This document shows positions 27,143-36,298 of a stretch of DNA of 64,000 nucleotides, piece by piece. The translations under genes and the position numbers were made by a program. The stretch is taken from IMG/VR virus record IMGVR_UViG_3300021255_005217. One strand, 5' to 3'. Position 1 is the stretch's first letter, and each line of letters begins with the position of its first letter. The notes beneath the pieces were generated by a model. It had not been told where the DNA came from and ran no database searches. It was given only the letters and a program-made list of their open reading frames with translations. This stretch comes from a virus.

Positions 27143-27475
27143 TTAAGCGTTTCCAATAGATTTTACATCTGCAATGAGCTCTTCAAGTGTTGAACCTTGA
27201 TATTTATGTTCAGGCTCATGGTCGATATATGCGCATAGTCTGTATGTCCCATCTTTGAAGTCACAGTTACATTCAACATGGCTTTCTGGAATTTCAAAAT
27301 AGATGTGCATTTCGTATCCATCAGACATCACATCACCATCGCCAACCATATCAGCAATAGTGCCACGCATAATGTCATTTAGACATTCTCTGTAAAACGC
27401 ATAAGTTGAGTTTGTGCTTTCAAATACATCAACTCTTTTCTCATTCAAAATCTGTTCAAGTAGTCTGTTTCTCAT
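27143..27475 (-). CDS. hypothetical protein (110 aa)
   Basis: ORF. Confidence 0.4.
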   Translation of the reverse strand: MRNRLLEQILNEKRVDVFESTNSTYAFYRECLNDIMRGTIADMVGDGDVMSDGYEMHIYFEIPESHVECNCDFKDGTYRLCAYIDHEPEHKYQGSTLEELIADVKSIGNA

Positions 27476-27487
27476 TTTTTATTCCTC

Positions 27488-29434
27488 TTAATCAAAACGG
27501 AGCGAGATTACCTCATTCTCCAAAAATGTGTCATATTCTGTTTTTACGAAAACTGATGGGTCGTCTGTTTCAAAATAATTTACATCATTTCCAAAAACCC
27601 TCTGACGTGCTCCATTATCCATTGTTTTCTTAAACACCGACTTAATTTTTTTACCAACCATAAACTCATCACCATCTGATGTCACAACAATATCACCAGT
27701 TGTACATACTTCTGAGCCTCTACAATTGTGTTTATATTCGAGCTTGTCATTCAAATGATAAACATCATTTCGTCCGTGTCCATAATTTGAGCCTTCTTTT
27801 AACGTTTCACCAAGAATTTTGTTAAATAACTTCGACTCAACAAAAACAGTTCCACGCTTTCCAGTTCCTTTCGGAAGAGCATATCTACTTGCTCTATTTA
27901 CACCATAACGTTTTTCCATTTCTTTTTTAAACTCCATTGCTTCAGTGTCGTCCATAAACTCAACTTGCACAGTTCGTTTTTCATGCAGACTTGAGCTTTT
28001 ATAGTCTTTGTTCTCATTCAATTGTTCTTCATCCTCATCATATTCTTCATTATAAATAGTTGCTCCGTCATCAATATGTAAATGCTGAGCACAATTATTG
28101 TCAAAATGCTCAGAAGAGCATGGCCAATGCAACTTGCTAATATAGCAATTTTTATCAATATGGAATTCAATATCATTGCTATAGTCTGTATATATCAAAT
28201 CGCCGATTTCACAGTTCTCAAGGTAAATGTCCATTGAGTTATCTGATGCTTCTGGCTCATGTATCATTTTTTCGATACGCGCATTTTTAATTGTAATTGA
28301 TGATGCATTTTCTACATTACATTTCTTAAGCCAATCACAGAAAGTTGGAATATCAAAAATACCTTTATCAAAGTTGCCACCAATCTGCATCTGAGCTGGA
28401 ATTACTTTCTTATTATTTCCATCAAAAATAACTTCATTATATGCTTTATCATAAACATGCTGTTTTGCCCAAGAACCTTTGCTTCCGACTTTTCCATTGC
28501 CTTCAGGCTGCTTATTGTTAATATTATAAATACCAGCTAAAAAGTCGTCATACTCTAATACTGAGTCAATTAAATCTTGGTCATCCCAAGGATGAACTGG
28601 AACTTCTTCATCTCTGTCCCAGAATGTGTCTTGACTACATTCTGAGTATCTGTTTTCCTCTACTAAAATACGATTTGCGAAGACTGTTGCCATTTCAATT
28701 GCGTCATGTCCAAAGAATTTTTTAAATTTATAAATTGGAATTGTGTCTTCAGGCTCATCACTTTGTAACCAAGCTTCAGTATCTCTGGCTTCTGGAGACA
28801 AAGTAATCATATATTTTAATGTGTCTTTTTCACGATTATTAGGACCTTTTGCAAAAGACTCATTGTTGAATGCCAAGATAAATAATTGTCCATCTTGTGT
28901 ATGGTCATTCCAATAGCCTTGGTCTCTCTCATAGCCAATACACCATTTTGCGCCTTCACCACCACACTTTGCTGAGTCACAGAATATAGCAGCTTCATAA
29001 GTCATTGGAACCACAAATGTAAATTTTCCGTTATCAAGTTGTGAAAGATGGACAAAGTCTACGTCGTATGCAGGCTCATTTTCGCCAGCTAATACAAGAA
29101 GCTTTTCAGCTTTAATCATAGAAAGAACATCTTTTTGTTTATAAGCTGCTTTATTACTTTCGTCAGCTTTTTGTTTTTGGTCTCTCTCAATATATGCTTG
29201 GCAGATAGCTACCCATTTCATGGCATCTGAGCCTTTTTGCCAATCAACACCTCTTAATTGAAATTGTTTTTTCAAAAGTGGGTCATCTTTATTAACAAAA
29301 TTTAATAACTGTGTGTATGTTACACCATCTTTTTGGACAAGGTCGTTGTCTCCTGAAAACTCATCCCATAATGGTTTGAAAAAACGAGACTTATCAGCTT
29401 CTTGTAATAGTATTTGCTCAAATATTTTTGACAT
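27488..29434 (-). CDS. large hypothetical protein (648 aa)
   Basis: long ORF, no recognisable motif. Confidence 0.55.
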   Translation of the reverse strand: MSKIFEQILLQEADKSRFFKPLWDEFSGDNDLVQKDGVTYTQLLNFVNKDDPLLKKQFQLRGVDWQKGSDAMKWVAICQAYIERDQKQKADESNKAAYKQKDVLSMIKAEKLLVLAGENEPAYDVDFVHLSQLDNGKFTFVVPMTYEAAIFCDSAKCGGEGAKWCIGYERDQGYWNDHTQDGQLFILAFNNESFAKGPNNREKDTLKYMITLSPEARDTEAWLQSDEPEDTIPIYKFKKFFGHDAIEMATVFANRILVEENRYSECSQDTFWDRDEEVPVHPWDDQDLIDSVLEYDDFLAGIYNINNKQPEGNGKVGSKGSWAKQHVYDKAYNEVIFDGNNKKVIPAQMQIGGNFDKGIFDIPTFCDWLKKCNVENASSITIKNARIEKMIHEPEASDNSMDIYLENCEIGDLIYTDYSNDIEFHIDKNCYISKLHWPCSSEHFDNNCAQHLHIDDGATIYNEEYDEDEEQLNENKDYKSSSLHEKRTVQVEFMDDTEAMEFKKEMEKRYGVNRASRYALPKGTGKRGTVFVESKLFNKILGETLKEGSNYGHGRNDVYHLNDKLEYKHNCRGSEVCTTGDIVVTSDGDEFMVGKKIKSVFKKTMDNGARQRVFGNDVNYFETDDPSVFVKTEYDTFLENEVISLRFD

Positions 29435-29444
29435 TTTTTCTCCT

Positions 29445-31118
29445 TTATGCGATCTTAATATATGATGGTATTACAGTTGCATTCTTTCCAATTTCAACAA
29501 ATGGAATTTTCAAAGAAGCAGCGAAAGCCTTCGCAATTGCAATAGTCAATGCTTTATTTTGTTTAATGCTCATAGCGCCATCTGCATTTGTTGCTTCTGG
29601 AGCTGTTGTTTTTTCACCATAAGCATTCAATAGATAATTTATGAATGATGGGCCATTTTTATATGGTTCAGAATATTTTTCTGGAGCTTTCTTACCTTCA
29701 AAAAGTGACTTCATCAATTCAGCTCCACCTAAACCACCACCACGTGCTCCAGCAATTCCGTTTGCTTCGCCTGTAATTGAGCCGCTGGAGCTATTTGTAT
29801 TTTTATTTCTCATAGAAAAATTTACAGTTGTGTTGCTTCCAATGCTTTCTGCGAATTCATCACTTACTTCGAAGTCGAAATAGCCTGATGAAGATGAGTT
29901 TCTAACCTTTACGTCTTTCAAATCACCAATCAGATTTCCATCTTTGTCAAAGCCTACACTTAATGCTGTAGACCTTTCAATATGAGCTGTTCCAATATAG
30001 TGTGCGTTAGCTTCACTATCTGAAGGTTTTTTCAATGAAACACCAATTGCTTTATATCTAATAATTGGGTCTTTTGAGCTCATTCCTGGCTCAATAAATG
30101 GATTTTTTCCTTTTGTGTTATATTCAAGTTTATTTTGTCTCTCTTTTCCATTTCTATCTGTGTGTGTTCCGCCTTGTTTATAAACCTCATTCAATAAAAC
30201 AATATCAGTTGGGTCTAAATATTGGTCTACTTCAAAAGTGTCCAATTGCTTTGGATGGAATGCAACCATTTCTTCATTTACAGTACAATTTTCTTTATTC
30301 CAATTGTTTCTATTTTCGCCACTTACACGCTTAATTTCTTCATCAATTTTATGGTTCATACAAACAACAACTTTTGAAATTGCTTCTTTCCAGTCTCCAA
30401 GTTGAGGCAAAATTTCATTTCTAAAGTCTTCTGCTGACTTTACATTTTCTAATACTTTTTTAACGCCTTCAGAAAGTTTTTTATTGATACTGCTTAAAAT
30501 TGAAAAACATCTTTCATAAAATGCTGAAGACCTATCGGCTTTTCCTTCAACAATATTGCATAAATCCTCAAAACTATCGTTTTTCTTAGAAATGTTGAAT
30601 AGTTGTGCAGTCATAAACTCTTCAAAAAATGTAAGATTTGACATTGACAAGCCAGCTTCAACTTCTTTAACATAAGGACTATTATTTTCTTCATCGCCTG
30701 CAGGAAAGAATGTGCTCTGTTTACCTCCACCACCTGTTACACGCAATTTTAAGACATATCCGTCAATATCAATGTTAAAAGTGTTTCCATAAGATGTTTT
30801 TGCATCAGGCTTAGCTTTTTTAATTTCATCTAATACTGCAATAATTTCATTTTGTGTTGCTGGAATTGCTCTTTTTCCATTTGATGAGACAACTAAGTTT
30901 CCACCGCAGTTTTTTACTGTTGCGTTTCCAGACTTCTGAATACCAAAATATTTACCATTTATGCAAAATTCTTTTCCAATTCCAAGGCTTGAAAAAACAG
31001 ATGGCAATTCATCAAAACTTTTTATTTTATTTTTTGCAGCTTCTGTCAAATATTCAAGAGACTCTTGTAAGTAATTTTCTCGTGTTTTATATAAAATAGA
31101 CTCAAAAAGGCTAAACAT
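29445..31118 (-). CDS. large hypothetical protein (557 aa) with Gly-rich segment
   Basis: long ORF; GEANGIAGARGGGLGGAEL low-complexity region. Confidence 0.55.
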   Translation of the reverse strand: MFSLFESILYKTRENYLQESLEYLTEAAKNKIKSFDELPSVFSSLGIGKEFCINGKYFGIQKSGNATVKNCGGNLVVSSNGKRAIPATQNEIIAVLDEIKKAKPDAKTSYGNTFNIDIDGYVLKLRVTGGGGKQSTFFPAGDEENNSPYVKEVEAGLSMSNLTFFEEFMTAQLFNISKKNDSFEDLCNIVEGKADRSSAFYERCFSILSSINKKLSEGVKKVLENVKSAEDFRNEILPQLGDWKEAISKVVVCMNHKIDEEIKRVSGENRNNWNKENCTVNEEMVAFHPKQLDTFEVDQYLDPTDIVLLNEVYKQGGTHTDRNGKERQNKLEYNTKGKNPFIEPGMSSKDPIIRYKAIGVSLKKPSDSEANAHYIGTAHIERSTALSVGFDKDGNLIGDLKDVKVRNSSSSGYFDFEVSDEFAESIGSNTTVNFSMRNKNTNSSSGSITGEANGIAGARGGGLGGAELMKSLFEGKKAPEKYSEPYKNGPSFINYLLNAYGEKTTAPEATNADGAMSIKQNKALTIAIAKAFAASLKIPFVEIGKNATVIPSYIKIA

Positions 31119-31133
31119 AAATATTTAGTTAAA

Positions 31134-31487
31134 TTGACTAATTATAATACAATGCATTCACGTTATGACTACTATGATGAAAGTTGTGTTCTCGATGAAG
31201 ATGGATTGAATTTTCCAGATCCACTTTCAATAAATTATAATAATGGAAAAATTGAAAAAATTCCAATTGGCATAAAAATATCATCTTCTCAAATTACAAA
31301 GCCTTGGACTATTGTTGAAGAATATTATGATAAAGAAGAAGACGATGACATTCTTTTAATGGAAAATAACGTGCCTTACATAAATGCACTTAAGCCTGGC
31401 GATGACTTCTATATTCCTCAGGGAAATGACTTGCTTGGTTTTGTTGAGAGCGCGCTTGCTGACAAAAAAGATGTGAATAATTATTAA
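31134..31487 (+). CDS. hypothetical protein (117 aa)
   Basis: ORF. Confidence 0.4.
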   Translation: MTNYNTMHSRYDYYDESCVLDEDGLNFPDPLSINYNNGKIEKIPIGIKISSSQITKPWTIVEEYYDKEEDDDILLMENNVPYINALKPGDDFYIPQGNDLLGFVESALADKKDVNNY

Positions 31488-31540
31488 TCTAAAAAATAAC
31501 AGTGAGTATACCGCTCCTGTTAAGGATGGTGATTCTTATG

Positions 31541-31795
31541 GTAACCGTCAATCTTACTGAGAAAATGTCTCTTGATAAAGCACTTCGCAAGTTCAAGAAA
31601 GAGATTGACAAAGAATGTATTCTTTCAGACTACATGGAACGGACACGTTATGTTAAGCCTTCTGCAAAGAAACATTTGAAGAGAGTTCATGCACGCCATA
31701 TCCAGAAAAAGATTGCTGATGCTGAACGTAAAGAAGCTTCAAAACCTGAATGGCTAAAAGAAGCTGAAGCTAAGAAACAGTCGAAGAAAGACTAA
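31541..31795 (+). CDS. rpsU: ribosomal protein bS21 homologue
   Basis: MVTVNLTEKMSLDKALRKFKKEIDKECILSDYMERTRYVKPSAKKHLKRVHARH matches bS21 consensus (..ESLD.ALRRFKR...G...E.RRR..YEKPS..RKR...A.KR); SD aaggatgg; ORF-track start 31502 likely too far upstream. Confidence 0.75.
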   Translation, partial: VTVNLTEKMSLDKALRKFKKEIDKECILSDYMERTRYVKPSAKKHLKRVHARHIQKKIADAERKEASKPEWLKEAEAKKQSKKD

Positions 31796-31798
31796 GAA

Positions 31799-31834
31799 GA
31801 AAGACGCTCTTCATGAGCGTCTTTTTATTTTTTT
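31799..31834 (+). terminator. intrinsic terminator (aagacgctc-ttcat-gagcgtctt + T-tract)
   Basis: after S21 gene. Confidence 0.75.
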
Positions 31835-32091
31835 GAATATGTAATTCCATCTTTTGTTGCTGATATTTTAATTCCAGCATCATCTAATTTTTTGAGATAT
31901 TGTTTTTCATATTGTTTGCATAATGACACAATCCTAAAAGTAGTTCCGTATTCATGTAAACCAGACTTTGTTGCTGGTTTGTCAGTATAAGCATAGTCCC
32001 ACCAATCATTAGGAATCTTCATTAAACCATGAAAGCCTACCATGGAAATCAGGTAGGCTAATTTTTTATCAAATGTTTCTTTCATTCCCAT
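31825..32091 (-). CDS. hypothetical protein (88 aa)
   Basis: ORF. Confidence 0.4.
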   Translation of the reverse strand: MGMKETFDKKLAYLISMVGFHGLMKIPNDWWDYAYTDKPATKSGLHEYGTTFRIVSLCKQYEKQYLKKLDDAGIKISATKDGITYSKK

Positions 32092-32101
32092 TGTATTAAA
32101 T

Positions 32102-32560
32102 TTAGTTTAGTGAGTACTGCCTAATTTTAACACTATGATTTTTGAGCCATTCAACTGGACTAGAGTCTCTGTCATAGACTTCATCATAAACAACTTCTTT
32201 TATTCCAGCTGCGATGATAAGTTTTGCGCAATCTTTACACGGTGAGAGAGTTGTGTAAAGAATACATCCTTCAAGTGAGCGGCCCAACTTCAATGCTGTA
32301 ATAATTGCATTTGCTTCACCATGAATTTCATTGATTGCTGCCCACTGTCGATGTGCTTCCATGTAGTCTGGACTTTTAATCTTATCTGGCGTAAAGACAT
32401 CTTTACAATGCTCACAACCGCTTGGTGAGCCATTAAAGCCAGTTGAAATTACATGTCCATAATTGTCAAGAATTGCAACTCCAACCTGTTTTCGGCTGCA
32501 AGTTGACTGTTTTCCATACAAATGTGCGACTGTCATTCCGCACTCATCAAAATTTTTCAT
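32102..32560 (-). CDS. dCMP deaminase (cytidine/deoxycytidylate deaminase zinc-binding family)
   Basis: HGEANAI (H-x-E) and SPCKDCAKLI (PCxxC) zinc motifs. Confidence 0.8.
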   Translation of the reverse strand: MKNFDECGMTVAHLYGKQSTCSRKQVGVAILDNYGHVISTGFNGSPSGCEHCKDVFTPDKIKSPDYMEAHRQWAAINEIHGEANAIITALKLGRSLEGCILYTTLSPCKDCAKLIIAAGIKEVVYDEVYDRDSSPVEWLKNHSVKIRQYSLN

Positions 32561-32748
32561 TAAAAAAGTAAATCCTCCAAATAGTCTGGCTCAAGCCCAA
32601 GATTGTCCATCAAGAGCTCTTCAATACCTTCATGGTCACCTTCCATTAAAAGGTCTGTCGCATCATCAATGAAGTTTTGAACTTCACGTTTTGCATCTGC
32701 TTCAGACATTCCATCTCTTTCCATTAAGATTTTTACAACTCTTTCCAT
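32560..32748 (-). CDS. small acidic protein (62 aa)
   Basis: ORF start-stop coupled to dCMP deaminase gene. Confidence 0.35.
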   Translation of the reverse strand: MERVVKILMERDGMSEADAKREVQNFIDDATDLLMEGDHEGIEELLMDNLGLEPDYLEDLLF

Positions 32749-32760
32749 TGTTTTCTCCTT

Positions 32761-33027
32761 TTAGAAAGTGGCCATGTTTTCACCTGCAAGCATTGTGTTC
32801 CATATGAGTTGGATAGACTTTGTGAAGTTTGTGCTTTTCTTCAGCCGCTCAAGGATTTTGTTCGACTTTGGAGTGTTAATTGCATTTGTTGCAAATGTAA
32901 ACTCAACGAAGTCTGAAACTTCTTGTGCAGTTTTAAGTTTGTTCATAACCGGAATAGCATCTTCCAGAACCTTTGTGATTGTTCCTTCAACTTCACCCAA
33001 GTTTTTGCTCAGTCTCTTCTTCATCAT
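32761..33027 (-). CDS. hypothetical protein (88 aa)
   Basis: ORF. Confidence 0.4.
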   Translation of the reverse strand: MMKKRLSKNLGEVEGTITKVLEDAIPVMNKLKTAQEVSDFVEFTFATNAINTPKSNKILERLKKSTNFTKSIQLIWNTMLAGENMATF

Positions 33028-33041
33028 ATTTTCCTCACCTC

Positions 33042-34154
33042 TTAAAATGCATAACCTTCAGCAAATTTACCAGTTGTGTTATCTTTGATAACTTTTGGAA
33101 TAATCATTCCAGCACGTACAACTGTTATTTCGTGTCCAATTTCAATCTCCATATCTTCCATAAGAGAGATATTTCCAAGTGAAGCTTTTTCGATAATTGC
33201 TCCCTGGATTTCAACCGGGTCAAAGTGAGCAACCGGAGTAAATGTTCCATTTTTCAAGCTCCATTCAATTGAACGAAGAATTGAAGTTGCTTTTACATAT
33301 TCAGGCTTAAGAGCAATCTGAGTTTTTGGACGGTAGTTTGTTGTAATGTCCTTAACGTCAATGCGGTTCTGTTTGATAACCAAACCATCAATATCAAACT
33401 CGAGGTTGTCGAAGTCATCAAATGTTTTGTCAAGAAGCTCTTTTGCTTTTTCAGCACTGAAGTGCTCAATTTTCTGCCATGGAGCAACTTTGAAGCCCTC
33501 ACCTTCAAGCCAAGTCTGAAGAAGTGTCTGATATTTGAAAGAGTTTTCCTCAGTCATATTAAGAGGCTGGGCATCATAAACAACCACTGCGAGGTGTTCA
33601 CAACCTTCGCCATCTTTTCGTTTTGCAACGCCTGAAGCTGCATTGCGGCAGTTTGCTTTATCTGGGAAGAACTCATCTTTTTCTTTGCGGCTCATCAAGA
33701 TTTCACCACGAACTGCGCCTGTGTAGTCTGACTTGAGAGTTTTTACAACTCCCTGCATTTTCTTTACATTTGCTGTAATGTCATCGCCTGTGTGTCCATC
33801 ACCACGTGTTACAGCTTTCTGAAGCTTACCATTTTTGTATGTAAGCTCAAGAGAAATGCCGTCCATTTTGTACTGAGCAATTGTGTCAGGCTCAATGGCG
33901 TTGAAAATATACCATTCGTTGAGCTCTTCAACATTCTTTGCTTTATTCTGGCTTCCCATAATAATCATATGGTCAACCTTGGCAAAACCATCAGTATGGT
34001 CAGCTCCAACTGCTTGAAGGATTTCAGAGTCTGGCTGTTCTTTTTTCAACTGTTCCCAGAGAGCATCGAACTCGATGTCGTTCATGATTGGTGTGCCGTT
34101 GTAGTATGCGTCCTGAGCTTCAAGAATTTTATTTTCAAGTGTTGTCATATTCAC
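33042..34154 (-). CDS. ligA: NAD-dependent DNA ligase-like protein (adenylation + OB domains only, 370 aa)
   Basis: N-terminal EAQDAYYNGTPIMNDIEFDALWEQLKKEQPDSE (LigA domain Ia-like) and KxDG adenylation motif AQYKMDGISLELTYKNGKL. Confidence 0.6.
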   Translation of the reverse strand: MNMTTLENKILEAQDAYYNGTPIMNDIEFDALWEQLKKEQPDSEILQAVGADHTDGFAKVDHMIIMGSQNKAKNVEELNEWYIFNAIEPDTIAQYKMDGISLELTYKNGKLQKAVTRGDGHTGDDITANVKKMQGVVKTLKSDYTGAVRGEILMSRKEKDEFFPDKANCRNAASGVAKRKDGEGCEHLAVVVYDAQPLNMTEENSFKYQTLLQTWLEGEGFKVAPWQKIEHFSAEKAKELLDKTFDDFDNLEFDIDGLVIKQNRIDVKDITTNYRPKTQIALKPEYVKATSILRSIEWSLKNGTFTPVAHFDPVEIQGAIIEKASLGNISLMEDMEIEIGHEITVVRAGMIIPKVIKDNTTGKFAEGYAF

Positions 34155-34156
34155 CT

Positions 34157-34201
34157 CGTTACGTATATAATATATGAAGAGTGCATAACTAATTCAAAAA
34201 A
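34157..34201 (-). promoter_or_regulatory. conserved sigmaA-type promoter copy 4
   Basis: TTGAAT-N17-TATATT-ATATACGTAAC upstream of ligase gene. Confidence 0.55.
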
Positions 34202-34497
34202 TTTTTAACAATTTCTCTCTTTTTTGCTTCTGTTATAGATAAAGTAGAAACTGGTGTCATAGGTGAAATGCATAGTCCAGAGTCTTTTGCTGTATACCAA
34301 GCATAAACTGTACCAGTGAGTGGAGTTTTCATTTGAACTATCAATGCAGCTCCATTATATTTTGCGTCATAAATTTCCTGTTTCTTCCAGCTTAAAACTT
34401 TTGTTCTGCGTACGACTTCACCATTTTTAACAATGTCAATCATTGATGTGTCATCTTTATTTACAATTGCATCAATTTCTGTCTTATTTATTCTCAT
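34189..34497 (-). CDS. hypothetical protein (102 aa)
   Basis: ORF ~30 nt downstream of repeat copy B. Confidence 0.4.
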   Translation of the reverse strand: MRINKTEIDAIVNKDDTSMIDIVKNGEVVRRTKVLSWKKQEIYDAKYNGAALIVQMKTPLTGTVYAWYTAKDSGLCISPMTPVSTLSITEAKKREIVKNFLN

Positions 34498-34527
34498 GTA
34501 TAATATATTAACAATGAGAATTTTTAG

Positions 34528-34596
34528 TTACCTGTTTAAATAATCTTTAAAAGGGTAAGCAAATCCCTGCTTCCCTATAGATTTTAAATTATAATA
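34528..34596 (-). repeat. conserved 63-bp element, copy B (inverted relative to copy A)
   Basis: reverse complement is near-identical to 21376..21438 except for a 4-10 nt central variable patch. Confidence 0.7.
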
Positions 34597-34651
34597 TAGT
34601 AATAGGGGAATTTCTAGAAATTTCATCATTGCACTATTAATATTATAAGAT

Positions 34652-36298
34652 ATGGCAGGTAAAAGTATAATATTTGGACAAAGAGCAAGAGCTCAGATAA
34701 ATATAGGAATTCAACTTGCTGCTAGAGCAGTAGCATCAACATTTGGACCAAGAGGACGTACTGTTTCTTATACAAAAGGAACAAACTCAATATCAACAAA
34801 AGATGGTATTTCAGTCTTAAAAATTCTTCAATTTTCGGATGAGTGTATGGACACAGGACTTAAACTTTTGAAAGAAGCATCTGACCGCGCAAATATGCAT
34901 TCTGGTGATGGCTCAACATCTACTACAATTTTGACAGCTGCATTGTGTGATAAAGCTAATTCACTTCTTATGCAGGGAATTGACATCAATGACCTTCGTG
35001 TAGCTTACAAAAAAGCTCGTGAAGATGTTCTTAAAAAACTTGAAGCTTACAAAAAAACAATTGACTCAGAAGAAATGATGAGAAATATTGCTCTTGTTTC
35101 TGCAAATGGTGATGAAGAAATCGCTAATATGGTTGTTGAAGCATTCACTTCAATTGGTGATGGTGGTCTTGTTTCAATGGCAGACTCTATGTCACGAACA
35201 GGAAAAACTGTGCTTGACATCAAACAGGGACTTCAACTTGATAAAGGTTTTATTTCATCAAAATGTGTCAATTCTGCAAATGACCAGTGTATTTTGAATG
35301 ATGTAAAAGTCATTTTGTTTAATGATATTGTTGAAGACTCTGAAAAATTGGCACTTATTTTGCAGCCACTTCTCGGAAAAAATATTCTTGTTGTTGCTCC
35401 AGAATATGGTGATGATGTTCTTGCAATGTATATCAAAAAACTTGTAACACAGAATGTTGTTTTTATTCGTGCGCCTGGTATTTCACGTGAGTCTATTCAG
35501 GCAAATATTCAGGATATTGCTGTTATCACATCTGGAAAAATTATTGGTATTGATAAAGAAATTGATGAGTTCAATTCTTTTAAAGATTGTGGAACTTGCG
35601 GCGCAATCAATGTAACAGCAAAAGAAACAATCATCACTGACCCAAATACAAATAAAGAAGAATTTGATAAACACATTGAGCTTTTGAAGAGCTTGACTGA
35701 AGAAGGCGACTGTATTCATGGTAAGTCGCCATTTCAAATTGATGCAATTAAAGAACGTATCGCTCGCCTTACAGGTGGTATTGCAACAATCTATGTTGGA
35801 GCTTTAACATCAGTTGAGCTTTCAGAAAAGAAAGACAGATATGAAGACGCAATCAACGCTGTTCGTAATTCTTTGGCTGAAGGTGTTTTGATTGGTGCTG
35901 GAACTTCACTTCTTCGTATTTCATATAGCACAACTCCAGAAGATACAAAAGACTTGACTATCCCACAGAAAACTGCATATGAGAGATTTATGGCTGCAAT
36001 TCGTGCTCCAGCTTTGAAATTGATTGAGTCAACTGGCTCTGAAATTGTAGCAGTTGTTCCACAGATTTTGAACGACCCTGATGTTGGTTTCAATGCACGA
36101 ACAGCAACTGTTGAGCGCATCCTTGAAAAAGGAATTATTGACCCATACACTGTTGTAAAGAACTCAATTATATATTCTTCAAACATTGCTGAGCAATTTA
36201 TGTCGATTGACACTATTGTTGTTTCAGACGTAAAGAATATGTCAATTGAGCCACTTGATGAAATTGTAGACCCAGGAAGAATGTTTAATGTCGAGTGA
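34652..36298 (+). CDS. groEL: GroEL-type chaperonin (Cpn60)
   Basis: N-terminus ARAVASTFGPRGRTVSYTKG...TKDGISVLK...ANMHSGDGSTSTTILTAAL aligns with GroEL LGPKGRNVV..TKDGVSVA..AGDGTTTATVLA. Confidence 0.85.
   Translation: MAGKSIIFGQRARAQINIGIQLAARAVASTFGPRGRTVSYTKGTNSISTKDGISVLKILQFSDECMDTGLKLLKEASDRANMHSGDGSTSTTILTAALCDKANSLLMQGIDINDLRVAYKKAREDVLKKLEAYKKTIDSEEMMRNIALVSANGDEEIANMVVEAFTSIGDGGLVSMADSMSRTGKTVLDIKQGLQLDKGFISSKCVNSANDQCILNDVKVILFNDIVEDSEKLALILQPLLGKNILVVAPEYGDDVLAMYIKKLVTQNVVFIRAPGISRESIQANIQDIAVITSGKIIGIDKEIDEFNSFKDCGTCGAINVTAKETIITDPNTNKEEFDKHIELLKSLTEEGDCIHGKSPFQIDAIKERIARLTGGIATIYVGALTSVELSEKKDRYEDAINAVRNSLAEGVLIGAGTSLLRISYSTTPEDTKDLTIPQKTAYERFMAAIRAPALKLIESTGSEIVAVVPQILNDPDVGFNARTATVERILEKGIIDPYTVVKNSIIYSSNIAEQFMSIDTIVVSDVKNMSIEPLDEIVDPGRMFNVE

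Noticed and set aside
21376-34596. Inverted 63-bp repeats as an active DNA invertase (shufflon-like) system
   Set aside because: No serine or tyrosine recombinase gene was recognised anywhere in the window, and each copy sits at a fixed distance upstream of a gene start like a promoter/leader. Kept only as an alternative in the finding.
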